Shown here piece after piece: positions 50,055-60,396 of a stretch of 63,606 bases of DNA (position 1 is its first letter; the number at the start of each line of letters is the position of its first letter). Under the pieces are notes generated by a model that did not search any database, was not told the origin of the DNA, and saw nothing but the letters and a program-made list of their open reading frames with translations. Made by a program: the position numbers and the translations under genes. Source of the DNA: Candidatus Zixiibacteriota bacterium (GTDB lineage Bacteria > Zixibacteria > MSB-5A5 > GN15 > FEB-12); the NCBI GenBank assembly GCA_021163775.1, contig JAGGTI010000030.1, forward strand, positions 1 through 63,606, given 5' to 3'.

Positions 50055-50912
50055 ATGCAAAATCCGATAATTATCCGTACTATGCGACCAACCGATCTTG
50101 ACTTTTGCCTTAAGTGTGTTACCCACGAAGGCTGGTTGAGCGAAACCCGCCAGACGTTTGAGATGTTCCTCGCCAACGACCACAACGGCTGTTTTGTGGC
50201 CGAAATTCGTGGCGCGCCTATCGGTATGTGCATCGCCACCACCTACGAAATTTCTGGATTTCTGGGCGAACTCATAGTTGTTCCTGAACGTCGCGGGCAT
50301 GGTTTTGGCCATCAACTGATGGAACACGCTATCGGCTATCTGCGTAGTCGCAACTGCGTAAGTATCTATCTTGATAGTGACCTTCCAGCGATACCGCTTT
50401 ATGAGCGACTCGGTTTCAGAACATTATGCGATTCGCTGAGATTTCTCGGCAGAATCGAATCTCAAACCCGTAAACAAATGCGACCCCTTACCGCGTCTGA
50501 TCTGCCAATCATAAACACACTTGATCAAGAGGCTTTTGGGGCTGATCGCTCGTTTCTTATCCGACACAGACTTGAGCAGTATCCCACCTTGGCGCGCGGA
50601 TTGGAGCGCGAAGGTGACCTTATCGGCTACATAATGGGACAGTCCGGCCACGACATAGTTTCGGTAGGTCCCTGGTTAGCAGACACTTCGACTTGCGACC
50701 CAATTGACCTTCTGCAAGATCTGGCTTGTCATGCAAAAGATGTTAATCTTCGGATTGGCGTGCTTGAAACCAATTCCGAGGCGGTTGCACGCCTGCGTGC
50801 GATTGAGACCTTCGAAGAAACCCAACCGTGTCGACGCATGGTACTCGGACCAAAAAACGATCTTGGTCGCTCTAACCGTTTGTGGGCCTTGAGTTCTGGG
50901 GCCGCTGGCTAA
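50055..50912 (+). CDS. GNAT family N-acetyltransferase (YitH-like, two domains)
   Basis: VVPERRGHGFG (motif A) and AIPLYERLGF; GAGG RBS before MQNP. Confidence 0.88.
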   Translation: MQNPIIIRTMRPTDLDFCLKCVTHEGWLSETRQTFEMFLANDHNGCFVAEIRGAPIGMCIATTYEISGFLGELIVVPERRGHGFGHQLMEHAIGYLRSRNCVSIYLDSDLPAIPLYERLGFRTLCDSLRFLGRIESQTRKQMRPLTASDLPIINTLDQEAFGADRSFLIRHRLEQYPTLARGLEREGDLIGYIMGQSGHDIVSVGPWLADTSTCDPIDLLQDLACHAKDVNLRIGVLETNSEAVARLRAIETFEETQPCRRMVLGPKNDLGRSNRLWALSSGAAG

Positions 50913-51086
50913 TTGCCACCGCGCCGGTATCGTACAATCTAAATCCGCTTGCTTTTTCCAGACAAAAAAACGATATTTGCATCACCGAATACAGAAGTAA
51001 AAAACCGTAGAGCATTTCAATCATGTCACACCCCTATTAACCGACATGGTTGTTCTCTGCCGATTTTCAGACAAGGAGATTCTGTC

Positions 51087-53906
51087 ATGCCAAACCGTTT
51101 TAACCAAGTTCGGATCGGATCCCTCACAACCGCAGTACTGCTGGTCCTGGCACTGGGAGCAATCCCGGTCACATCAGCTACCCTGACCGGCCTGGTGACC
51201 GATCAGACCGATGGCCAACCCTTGCTCGGCGCGACCATCACCGCACGACCGACCAATCCCGCGCTGGATGTTATCGGCACCGCAACCACTGAAGACGGTG
51301 CCTACGAACTTGATCTGCCATCGGGCAAGTACACGGTGGCGATATCCTTTGTAGGTTACACTACTGTAACTCTCACCGTAGCCAACAATGACCCGGAAGG
51401 TATATCTGTTGAAACCAGTCTGATACCAAAAGTAATTGACTTGAATACAATCTCCGTTACCACTTCGCGTCGACCGGAAAAAGTCAATGACGCTCCCGCT
51501 TCAGTGAGCGTGGTTGAAGCGGAAGCAATCGCCGAACGCACCGCCCTGACTGTTACCGATCACGTCAAAGGTCTTCCGGCTATCGACATGGCCCGCACTG
51601 GCTTAAACCAGACCAACATGGTCACCCGTGGGTTTAACAATATCTTTTCCGGTGCGCTACTGGTACTGACCGACAATCGGATGGTGCGAGTGCCATCGCT
51701 GAGATTCAACGCCTACAATTTTATCCCGACGGTCAGTGACGATATTGAACGGATCGAAATCGTCTCCGGCCCCGGCTCTGCTCTGTATGGCCCGAACTCA
51801 GCCGCTGGTGTGATGCACATTGTAACCAAATCACCTTTCGGATCGGAAGGTACCACTGTCAGCATAGGCGGTGGCGAACGCGACCTGATGTTAGGTTCGT
51901 TCCGTCACGCCGGGAACGTCAATAATCGGATTGGCTACAAAATTACCGGTCAATACTATCAGGGCAACGACTGGGAACACACGGAGCCTACCGAGCCGGC
52001 GACTGTCTACAAATACCGGCCGACGGCGGATGGCGCCGACACTATCTCCGCGGCTCCGGTCGATAATGCACGCGACTACGACACCAGGAAACTGGCGGGT
52101 GAAGCACGAGTTGATTTCCTGATCAACGAAAACACTTCGCTCATTCTCAACGGCGGCTACAATCGAGGCAGTGGTATTGAACTCACCGGTCTCAGTGCGG
52201 CCCAGGCAATTGATTGGGCCTACAGCTATGGCCAGGCACGTCTCAAATACAAAGATCTGTTTGTCCAGGGGTTTGTGAATACTTCCAACGCCGGCGATAC
52301 TTACTTGCTCAACACCGGCCAGTTGATCGTTGATAAATCCCGAGTCTGGTCGGGACAGGTTCAGCACAGCTACCAAGCAAACGACAAATGGCTGTTCACC
52401 TACGGTGCCGATGCTATCCTGACCCGCCCTAACACCGATGCCACCATCAACGGGCGCAACGAAGATGATGACAACATCAACGAGTATGGCGTTTACCTGC
52501 AAGCTGAGAACCAGTTGACCGACAAACTGAAATTTGTCGGCGCGGCCAGAGTTGACGATCACAGTCGGTTGGAAAAAATGAACTTCTCGCCGAGGGCGGC
52601 GCTGGTCTTTCATCCGAATGATCGGAGCAGTTGGCGGTTCACCTACAACCGCGCTTTCGCCACCCCGGACAATAACAACCTGTTTTTGGATATTATGCAA
52701 TCCGCCGATCCGTTCCACACCGGCATTAACATACGCGTACAGGGTGTCCCGGAAACTGGCTTCCATTGGCAGTACGATGGTGCTGGTGATCCGATGTTCC
52801 GGTCACAGTTCTCGCCTTACGTCGGAAACAGTTCGACTCACTACTACTCACAGGGTTATCTCAGTCCACAGTTGACAAACGTGGCCTGGGGTGCTGGAGT
52901 TCAACTTACTCGTGGCAGTGTGATCCAAGGCCTGATGGGTCAGGGGGTCGATGCTGGCACCGCCATTGCGATCGGTGATGCAGTGGCATCGGTAGCACCG
53001 ACAAGCATCAGTCCACAGGAGACGATAACACGAGTACTTGATCTTGATACGGGAGCACCAATTGAAGTTAATGCGTCCGATTATATACAGGATATTGACC
53101 AGCTCGAACCGGCTATCACCCAAACATTCGAACTTGGCTACAAAGGGATGTTAGGCGATCGCTTGCGTTTCTCGGTCGACGCCTACCGCACCAAGAAGGA
53201 CAACTTTGTCGGTCCGCTCACTGTCGAAACACCCAATGTGTTCATGGACATTGATGCATCTCTGGCGGCAGAGATTGCGCCTGCGGTAACAGCCAACTAC
53301 ATGAATGCCGACCCACAGACACAGGCAATGCTGGATCAGTTAGACGCTAACAGCAACGGCCCGATCGACGAGTTGATCACGATGTACATAACTGGCGGTG
53401 CCAGCACAGCACTTGGTACCTTCACTCCCAATGAAGCCCTTAATCCGAATGATGTAATGGTCACATACCGCAACTTCGGTGATATCACTTACTACGGGAT
53501 TGACTTTTCGTTTGCTTATCATCTTGATCGTCACTGGAACTTCGGTGGCAGTTATTCGTACATCTCAAGGAACTTCTTCGCCAAAAATGATGAACAAGTC
53601 CATGACATCCGACTTAACGCTCCGCGCAACAAAGCAGGTCTGTTTGTGCAGTACAACCATCCGAACCAGAATCTGTCGGTTGGCCTGCGGGGTCGCTATG
53701 TTGATGCTTTCGACATGGACAGCCCATTCTTCGGAAGCCGGGTTGAATCGTACATCGTTACCGATCTGAACACCGGAATTAACATCATTCCTGACCTGCG
53801 TTTCACGGTCACGGTGCAGAACGTCTCAAACAACAAACATATCGAGTTCATCGGCGCACCTGCGCTGGGACGCCTGGCGACCGCTCGCCTGACACAGACA
53901 TTCTAG
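51087..53906 (+). CDS. TonB-dependent receptor with N-terminal carboxypeptidase-regulatory-like domain
   Basis: AAGGAG RBS; signal peptide; plug motif IERIEIVSGPGSALYG; beta-barrel ending in Phe. Confidence 0.93.
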   Translation: MPNRFNQVRIGSLTTAVLLVLALGAIPVTSATLTGLVTDQTDGQPLLGATITARPTNPALDVIGTATTEDGAYELDLPSGKYTVAISFVGYTTVTLTVANNDPEGISVETSLIPKVIDLNTISVTTSRRPEKVNDAPASVSVVEAEAIAERTALTVTDHVKGLPAIDMARTGLNQTNMVTRGFNNIFSGALLVLTDNRMVRVPSLRFNAYNFIPTVSDDIERIEIVSGPGSALYGPNSAAGVMHIVTKSPFGSEGTTVSIGGGERDLMLGSFRHAGNVNNRIGYKITGQYYQGNDWEHTEPTEPATVYKYRPTADGADTISAAPVDNARDYDTRKLAGEARVDFLINENTSLILNGGYNRGSGIELTGLSAAQAIDWAYSYGQARLKYKDLFVQGFVNTSNAGDTYLLNTGQLIVDKSRVWSGQVQHSYQANDKWLFTYGADAILTRPNTDATINGRNEDDDNINEYGVYLQAENQLTDKLKFVGAARVDDHSRLEKMNFSPRAALVFHPNDRSSWRFTYNRAFATPDNNNLFLDIMQSADPFHTGINIRVQGVPETGFHWQYDGAGDPMFRSQFSPYVGNSSTHYYSQGYLSPQLTNVAWGAGVQLTRGSVIQGLMGQGVDAGTAIAIGDAVASVAPTSISPQETITRVLDLDTGAPIEVNASDYIQDIDQLEPAITQTFELGYKGMLGDRLRFSVDAYRTKKDNFVGPLTVETPNVFMDIDASLAAEIAPAVTANYMNADPQTQAMLDQLDANSNGPIDELITMYITGGASTALGTFTPNEALNPNDVMVTYRNFGDITYYGIDFSFAYHLDRHWNFGGSYSYISRNFFAKNDEQVHDIRLNAPRNKAGLFVQYNHPNQNLSVGLRGRYVDAFDMDSPFFGSRVESYIVTDLNTGINIIPDLRFTVTVQNVSNNKHIEFIGAPALGRLATARLTQTF

Positions 53907-53914
53907 CCGACATA

Positions 53915-54172
53915 CAGCAGATGTGGACATCTGCCGGATACTTCAATAATAATAAACCTCCCGACTGTTACCGGTCGGGAGGTTTCAATTTTCTTAGAGA
54001 CGTACAACTGTACCCCATCCAACGGGTGGGTTTTCTTAATTCGGGTCGCCGCCCACCCGACGCTTCCAGAAAAGTTCTTCTAATGGCAGAACCCCCAAGG
54101 GGTTCTGCCATTAGAACATCGACGGATGTTGACATCTGCTGGTCACGCTTGCGCGGACATTTGCCGGACACG
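53915..54172. repeat. REP-like mosaic surrounding a terminator
   Basis: CAGCAGATGTGGACATCTGCCGG (identical to 7852-7874), ATGGCAGAACC...GGTTCTGCCAT, GGACATTTGCCGGACAC. Confidence 0.8.
53954..53992 (+). terminator. Intrinsic terminator of the TonB-dependent receptor gene
   Basis: AAACCTCCCGACTG-TTAC-CGGTCGGGAGGTTT. Confidence 0.8.
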
Positions 54173-54193
54173 TTTGTGTGATGCCTACAACAC

Positions 54194-54892
54194 TCAAAGC
54201 AGGTCGAGCCCGACTAAGTAGATCAACACCAAATACAGGCCAACCAACACGAAAATAACCCCGGTTACCCGTCGCGCCCAGCGTTCGATAACGGCCAGTT
54301 TGCCTAAAACCTGACCGGCATAGCGCGACCCGGTGGCAATTAGAATCGCCACGCCGACAACCGGAAGCGCAGTCCCCACACCGTAGACTGTAGGCAACAG
54401 CAAACGTGATTCATGTTCGACCGCCAACGGCAATAGGCTACCAAAATAAAGCGCCGCCGACACGGGGCAGAACGACAACGCAAAAACCAATCCGAGAAGG
54501 CCGGCACCCCAAACTCCTCCCCGACCGAGCCGTTCCTGACGAGCGTTACTCAAACTGAGACCGGGTAAACGCAAGCGAATCAGGTTCAACAACACCAGGC
54601 CGGTGAGTATAAGAACCGGCCCAAGCATCTGATTCATATATCGCTGGAGAAAACGGGCCAGCTCCGGAATCGACCAAATACTCGTGACAATGATAACAGT
54701 CAGTCCAACGTAGCAGACTGTCCTTCCCAGGGTGTAAGCCAGCCCGGACCACAGTGCCTGGCTTGGCCGACCCACACGCCGACCGATGTAGGAAATGGCG
54801 GCAACATTCGTCGCCAACGGACAGGGTGAGACGGAAGTCATAATACCCAGCCAACAGGCCGAACCGATCGCCACCCAGAGAGAATCTATCAT
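54194..54892 (-). CDS. ArsG-family / CcdA-like membrane protein
   Basis: TSVSPCPLATN and ALSFCPVSA membrane Cys-Pro motifs; in the ArsR operon. Confidence 0.8.
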   Translation of the reverse strand: MIDSLWVAIGSACWLGIMTSVSPCPLATNVAAISYIGRRVGRPSQALWSGLAYTLGRTVCYVGLTVIIVTSIWSIPELARFLQRYMNQMLGPVLILTGLVLLNLIRLRLPGLSLSNARQERLGRGGVWGAGLLGLVFALSFCPVSAALYFGSLLPLAVEHESRLLLPTVYGVGTALPVVGVAILIATGSRYAGQVLGKLAVIERWARRVTGVIFVLVGLYLVLIYLVGLDLL

Positions 54893-55395
54893 TCGGTATC
54901 TTCGCTTAGAAAGGCTTTGGTTTCGGCCTTGACGTACTCAATGAACTTCTCCTTATCACCAACCAGATCCCAAATCTTGTCGAGGTTTTTCCAGCCAGTC
55001 TCCTGACCATCTGAGATGTGCGAAAGGATCACCGCCTTGGTGAACAAGGCGTAGGTGTCGGCGTAGTGTTCGTTACCCTCTTCTTCATAGTCCACCACGC
55101 GCCACTCAAGGCCACCCTGTTCCAGTTCTTCCTCAAAGCCGGTTTCAATCGCCTCTTTCGAATAAGCTTCCAGCTTGATACAGGTTGCGCACCGCCGGTG
55201 ACCGTGAAGATAATACACGATGACTTTGTCGGTCAGTTCGGCGGTTACGGTGTCGGTTGTTGTCTCTACGGAATCGACAACTACTTTAGCCGGAGGAACT
55301 TCATCAACACTACCTGCCCAGACCACCGAAACAACTACTGATAAAATTACCACCAGTATCGTGGTCACAAAGTTTGCTTTCTTCAATACAATCAT
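54889..55395 (-). CDS. ArsF-family thioredoxin-fold exported protein
   Basis: Signal peptide; VYYLHGHRRCATC; WKNLDKIW. Confidence 0.8.
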   Translation of the reverse strand: MIVLKKANFVTTILVVILSVVVSVVWAGSVDEVPPAKVVVDSVETTTDTVTAELTDKVIVYYLHGHRRCATCIKLEAYSKEAIETGFEEELEQGGLEWRVVDYEEEGNEHYADTYALFTKAVILSHISDGQETGWKNLDKIWDLVGDKEKFIEYVKAETKAFLSEDTE

Positions 55396-55418
55396 TGAAT
55401 GTCTCCTGTTGTGTTACA

Positions 55419-55667
55419 CTATGCTTTTTGCGCCAACAAAGCCTTGATTTCATCTACCGATGGAACCTTGCCAGACACCACAATCTGACCATCGATCACC
55501 AGAGCCGGGGTCATCATCACTCCATACGATGAAATCTGCATAAGGTCGGTCACTTTTTGCACCTCGCTTTTCCACTGCAATTCATCGGCGGCCTGTTGGG
55601 CCCGTTCGAGAAGTTTTACACAGTTGGCGCATCCGGGTCCTAACACTTTAATATCTTTCAAGGTCAT
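55419..55667 (-). CDS. Small redox-active disulfide protein (MTH895-like thioredoxin)
   Basis: IKVLGPGCANC...GVMMTPALVIDG...GKVP. Confidence 0.92.
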   Translation of the reverse strand: MTLKDIKVLGPGCANCVKLLERAQQAADELQWKSEVQKVTDLMQISSYGVMMTPALVIDGQIVVSGKVPSVDEIKALLAQKA

Positions 55668-56971
55668 ATCCTTTCTACGATAATTCCAAAAATCGTTCCA
55701 CTCACTGTTGCCATGGCGATCACCAGGGCCACAAACACCGCAGTCTTTTTCGTACCGATCACCGAACGGATAACCAGCATGTTCGGTAGCGATAGCGCCG
55801 GTCCGGCCAACAACAGCGCCAAGGCTGGCCCCTGCCCCATACCGTTGGCAATCAATCCTTGAAGGATGGGCACTTCGGTCAGTGTCGCAAAATACATAAA
55901 TGCACCAGCCGTTGATGCCAGCAGGTTGGCGCTAATCGAATTCCCCCCGACCGCTTGCGCCACCCACTCTGCCGGGATGAGACCTTCACCCCCAGGACGG
56001 CCTAACAACAGGCCGGCAATCAGAACACCATAAAACAAAAGCGGCAACATCTTCTTTGCAAATCCCCACGATTGACTTAACCACTCGCGCGACTCACGAC
56101 CTCCGGTTCCGATAACTATCCCGAGCGACACAACCGCCACACTAAACGGTATCACAGGATCAGCGGGAAACACAAAGGCGGCCAAAACGGTCATAAGGCC
56201 AATTCCCAGAATAGACATGGCTCTGATTCGTATTACATAGACAAGACCCAGGCCAAGCAAAACAGCCGCCCCCGAAGTAAGCATCCACTTGTTTCGACCA
56301 ACCCAGTTGAATAAACCGGTGCCCACGCCAGGATCGGCCCAGTTAGCCGCCACCAAAACAGCGACCATAGCCCCCATCAACCATCCTGATTGCCAAAGCG
56401 GTCGCGCTGATTCGCCATCAGGAAGAACCATCGCTGTTTTTGCGCGGTCAGCTTCTTCCTTCCGATATAGAAAATGCATCAAGCCACCGATTACCAGACT
56501 GAACAGTATAGCGCCCACCGCCCGTGCCACTCCTAATTCAACTCCTAACACACGTGCGGTCAGTATGATCGCCAGGACATTTATCGCCGGTCCGGCATAC
56601 AGAAATGCCACCGCCGGTCCCAAACCAGCACCGACCCGGTAGATCCCGGCAAACAGCGGTAAAACCGTGCAGGAACATACGGCCAAAATTGATCCGGAAA
56701 CCGAAGCTACTCCGTACGACACCGCCTTGTTGGCGTCGGCACCGAGATATTTCATCACCGTAGCCTGATTGAGAAGCACCGCAATAGCCCCGGCTATAAA
56801 AAAGGCCGGTATCAAACACAGCAGAACATGTTCACGGGCATACCAGGTGGCCAGCCCCACAGCCTCGCCAATCGGGCCAGTCAAACGCTCCGCCTGCGGG
56901 GCGTAATAGTAAAGAATACCAAAGACCCCGGATATCGCCGCCGCCGCTTTCCATTCCGTTCGCCAGGTCAT
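55664..56971 (-). CDS. ArsP/DUF318-family permease
   Basis: HVLLCLIPAFFIAG, AVCSCTVLPLF, YFATLTEVP, GPALSLP. Confidence 0.9.
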   Translation of the reverse strand: MTWRTEWKAAAAISGVFGILYYYAPQAERLTGPIGEAVGLATWYAREHVLLCLIPAFFIAGAIAVLLNQATVMKYLGADANKAVSYGVASVSGSILAVCSCTVLPLFAGIYRVGAGLGPAVAFLYAGPAINVLAIILTARVLGVELGVARAVGAILFSLVIGGLMHFLYRKEEADRAKTAMVLPDGESARPLWQSGWLMGAMVAVLVAANWADPGVGTGLFNWVGRNKWMLTSGAAVLLGLGLVYVIRIRAMSILGIGLMTVLAAFVFPADPVIPFSVAVVSLGIVIGTGGRESREWLSQSWGFAKKMLPLLFYGVLIAGLLLGRPGGEGLIPAEWVAQAVGGNSISANLLASTAGAFMYFATLTEVPILQGLIANGMGQGPALALLLAGPALSLPNMLVIRSVIGTKKTAVFVALVIAMATVSGTIFGIIVERI

Positions 56972-57303
56972 AATTTACATCGCCCAACACAACATCCAAC
57001 CGGCGACGAACCGGTCGATTTGATAACCGACTCAATACAGTCGAAGAAATTCATCACACAGGGTGTTCTCAAACGATACCACACCTGCAAACCGCGTTTA
57101 TCAGCTTCGACCAAACCGGCCGTCCGAAGCACGGTCAGATGTTTGGAGACGGTCGAAATATCAGCGCCGACCATCTCGGTCAACTCGCAGACACATTTCT
57201 CGTTCCGCGAGAGAACATCCACAAGAAAAAGACGGGTCGGATGAGCCAGCGCCTTGATAACTGCGGCCCGGGTTTCAAATCTGATTCTGGTTTTCTTATC
57301 CAT
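56968..57303 (-). CDS. arsR: ArsR/SmtB-family metalloregulator
   Basis: KALAHPTRL, EKCVCEL, STVSKHL. Confidence 0.92.
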   Translation of the reverse strand: MDKKTRIRFETRAAVIKALAHPTRLFLVDVLSRNEKCVCELTEMVGADISTVSKHLTVLRTAGLVEADKRGLQVWYRLRTPCVMNFFDCIESVIKSTGSSPVGCCVGRCKL

Positions 57304-57328
57304 CTATCTATTCTCACTTATACATAAC

Positions 57329-57350
57329 TATTTGGCAATATCGCCAAATA
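57329..57350. promoter_or_regulatory. Putative ArsR operator
   Basis: Perfect inverted repeat TATTTGGC-AATATC-GCCAAATA about 25 bp upstream of the arsR start, downstream of a minus-strand TTGACT. Confidence 0.75.
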
Positions 57351-57791
57351 CTTTTGAAAGTCAAGCGGTTCTTGATAAACCGGCAGTCCGCCGGATTGGC
57401 CCCAATAGTCTCGTAGGACAGAACCAACCAACCTGTGGTTGCCTTGGCGGTTCTGCCATCCCCATTTGACAGGTTGCAATCAACCGTGACCTACATGTCT
57501 ACATTACGCCACCCCCGCGCCTACACGTCCCACCCGCGCAAGCGGGTGGCTATGTCCACTCGCATCACACCAGAGAGATAATTGTGTTCTTGAGAGAAGA
57601 GTTTCATTTGAGGATTTTATCAATCGTGAGGGCCGATGGTTTTCACGATAGATCCAAACCTCGAATGAATCTCTTATCTCAAGAGGACCACAACTACACA
57701 ATACCCTTGCACTCGTTTGCCGTTCTGTTTGACACCGTAGGGTTCACGACTTAGGTTGATCCCGAACTAGATAGACTGAAAGGTGCTTCGT

Positions 57792-59246
57792 ATGAGTAAG
57801 AGGCCTGATAATATTCGCAAACCGGCGGTCGCCGGAAGCTGGTACCCCGGCAAGGTATCGGATCTTGTTAAACAAATTGCCGGATTTTACGCGGAGGTTG
57901 ATAAAGTTGCCCTGTCGGGGCGACCCCAGGCATTGATTTGTCCGCATGCCGGTTATCAGTACTCCGGTAAAGTAGCGGCATCTGCTTTCAAGCTACTTGA
58001 AGGCGAAGAGTATGACACCGTAGTGATCGTAGCGCCATATCATCGGCCGGAGTTTTTCCAGGGTTGCTCGGTGTACGATGGTGATGGTTACCAGACACCT
58101 ATCGGCGTAATTGAAACCGACCACGAACTAGCCGAACGAATCGCCGGTATCAATCCGTTAGTTTATCGCTCGCGCCAGGGTCATGGGACCGGTGCCTCAC
58201 GCGCTGAACATGCCCTTGAGATTCAACTGCCGTTTTTACAAGTTGTGTTAGGTGATTTCAGGCTGGTGCCGATTATTATGGGCGATCAGGACGAAGCATC
58301 GGTACACGCACTTGGCGAAGTGTTAGGCTCAGTGTTGCGGGAGCGCAACTGCCTCATGGTTGCTTCGACCGACCTGTCGCATTTCCACAACGACAAACAA
58401 GCGCGCGAACTTGACGGCCGGGTGCAGAAAGCGATTGAAGCATTTGATCCTGACGGTCTGCTTGATTTGTTGTCATCCGGCGAAGGTGAAGCGTGTGGTG
58501 GTGGTCCAACCGCGGCAGTGATGCTGGCCGCCAAACGTCTCGGTAGTACCGAAGTGCGCACGGTTGACTATGCGACTTCGGGTAACACCACCGGTGATTT
58601 CAGCGAAGTGGTCGGGTATCTTTCGGCGGCCATTGTGATGGGTACTAAAGCGCAGACAAAATTGGAAGACCATCAGAATTCACAAATCGGTATGACCGCG
58701 GCGCGTAAACGTGACGAAACCTTGCCCGATGATCTCAAACCGATACTGCGCCGTATTGCCCGAAAAGCGATCTCGGCCCGGCTAAAGGGGTTTGAGCATA
58801 CCCCGGAGTATAGCGAGTCACTTGATATCCGACGCGGTGCGTTTGTGACGCTCAAGATTGACGGGAAATTGCGCGGGTGTATCGGTCAGACTCACGCGCG
58901 TGAACCCCTGTACCAGTTGATTGCCGAGATGGCGGTGGCGGCGGCGTTTGATGATCCCAGGTTCCCGGCTCTGACCGAAGAAGAGTGGGATCGGCTTGAG
59001 TATGAAATTTCGGTGTTGACGCCGCTACAGCGGGTGAAGGATTTCAAGCAGATCAAAATCGGTCGCGATGGCTTGATCGTTAAACTCGATGTACACACCG
59101 GACTGCTTCTACCGCAGGTCGCAACTGAGTACGGCTGGAACACGACCCAGTTTTTGGAACAGACCTGCCTGAAAGCCGGCCTTCCGAAAGAGAGTTATAA
59201 AGACAAGTACGCTGAAGTGTACCGGTTCTCGGCGGAAGTGTTTTAG
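57792..59246 (+). CDS. Fused AmmeMemoRadiSam protein B (MEMO1-like) and protein A (AMMECR1-like)
   Basis: RKPAVAGSWYP, PHAGYQYSG, EHALEIQLPFL, STDLSHF; then GAFVTL...LRGCIG...DPRFP...LLLPQVA. Confidence 0.93.
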   Translation: MSKRPDNIRKPAVAGSWYPGKVSDLVKQIAGFYAEVDKVALSGRPQALICPHAGYQYSGKVAASAFKLLEGEEYDTVVIVAPYHRPEFFQGCSVYDGDGYQTPIGVIETDHELAERIAGINPLVYRSRQGHGTGASRAEHALEIQLPFLQVVLGDFRLVPIIMGDQDEASVHALGEVLGSVLRERNCLMVASTDLSHFHNDKQARELDGRVQKAIEAFDPDGLLDLLSSGEGEACGGGPTAAVMLAAKRLGSTEVRTVDYATSGNTTGDFSEVVGYLSAAIVMGTKAQTKLEDHQNSQIGMTAARKRDETLPDDLKPILRRIARKAISARLKGFEHTPEYSESLDIRRGAFVTLKIDGKLRGCIGQTHAREPLYQLIAEMAVAAAFDDPRFPALTEEEWDRLEYEISVLTPLQRVKDFKQIKIGRDGLIVKLDVHTGLLLPQVATEYGWNTTQFLEQTCLKAGLPKESYKDKYAEVYRFSAEVF

Positions 59247-59269
59247 GCAAGATGTCGAAACCGCCCGTC

Positions 59270-59471
59270 CTTCGACAGGCTCAGGATGGACCGGTATCGA
59301 CCTACGGTACTGATCACTATTTTGTGCGTGGTGTACGCCCCCGTGCGCCACGAGTGTCGTATCGGTTTCTATGTGGTGTCGGGTGGTGACTCTGCCCGAC
59401 ACTGGCAGTCCAAACCGTCAGGCAGGGTCGCCTGACGGCACTGGTTCTGTTGCAAGCAACCTGACCTACGG
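59270..59471. repeat. Intergenic REP-like mosaic
   Basis: CCTTCGACAGGCTCAGG, TGTCGGG...CTCTGCCCGACA, GTCAGGCAGGGTCGCCTGAC, GTTGCAAGCAACCTGACCTACGG. Confidence 0.8.
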
Positions 59472-59546
59472 AACTTCACAATTGTCGGGTTTTTCACTCA
59501 ATGGGTCATTGTTCGGAACCCGACCTGCTTGCTATCTACCGCTCCA

Positions 59547-60215
59547 TCAGTTCCCGACTTCGTCCTCGGCGACACCTTTGAGTTTGTCGTTGGCAAACAC
59601 CGCGATATCTACCCGACGGTTTTGCTGTCGGCCCGAGGCAGTCGCGTTGTCGGCCACCGGTTGGTCTTCGCCATAACCCATAATTGTAAACCGGGTCGGG
59701 TTGACCTGCTGACCGGACAAGTGCGTTGCCACCGACTGTGCTCGTCTGATCGACAGGTCGCGGTTGTGTTCGTCCGGGCCGGAGGCGTCAGTGTGCCCTT
59801 CGATTAGCACCTCGGTTTCTTCGTACTTGTTGAGAATAGCCGCCAGCTTTTCCAGGTTGACCTTGGCTTCGTATTGCAATGAAGATTTGTCGATGTCAAA
59901 TAGAATTCCGGAATCGAAAGTGATCTTTATCCCTTCGCCGATTCGCTCAATCGTGGCACCTTCAATATCTCGCCGCATCTCTTCGGCCTGTCGGTCCATG
60001 TAATTACCAATATACGCCCCGGCCGCACCGCCGACCGCCGCACCGATAATCGCACCCACCGCTGTGTTACCTGCTTGGTCGCCGATGATACCACCTATCA
60101 CCGCCCCGGCCCCGGCACCGATCAACGCTCCCTGGTCACGTTTTTTCATTGACCCACAGCCTAACAAACCGACCAAAACGAGACCGATGGCGACGTACTG
60201 AAAGATTCTCTTCAT
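59547..60215 (-). CDS. OmpA-family lipoprotein with glycine zipper (YiaD-like)
   Basis: AAGGAG RBS; lipobox LLG-C; Gly-zipper; IEGHTD...LSIRRAQSV...GRQQNRRVDI. Confidence 0.93.
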   Translation of the reverse strand: MKRIFQYVAIGLVLVGLLGCGSMKKRDQGALIGAGAGAVIGGIIGDQAGNTAVGAIIGAAVGGAAGAYIGNYMDRQAEEMRRDIEGATIERIGEGIKITFDSGILFDIDKSSLQYEAKVNLEKLAAILNKYEETEVLIEGHTDASGPDEHNRDLSIRRAQSVATHLSGQQVNPTRFTIMGYGEDQPVADNATASGRQQNRRVDIAVFANDKLKGVAEDEVGN

Positions 60216-60396
60216 TTTATCTCCTTTGTCCGAATTAAGCTCTGTCACTGGATAATGTGAGGTGTGTAACAGGGCGATGTCAACAACTGAAAATTACCGA
60301 AATTGTAACGTGGACCGGGCTTCCCTCGCGACGATCATGTACTAACTACGCCGCGTTCGATATCTACTTGCCGATTGAATTACAATTCGCTATCTT

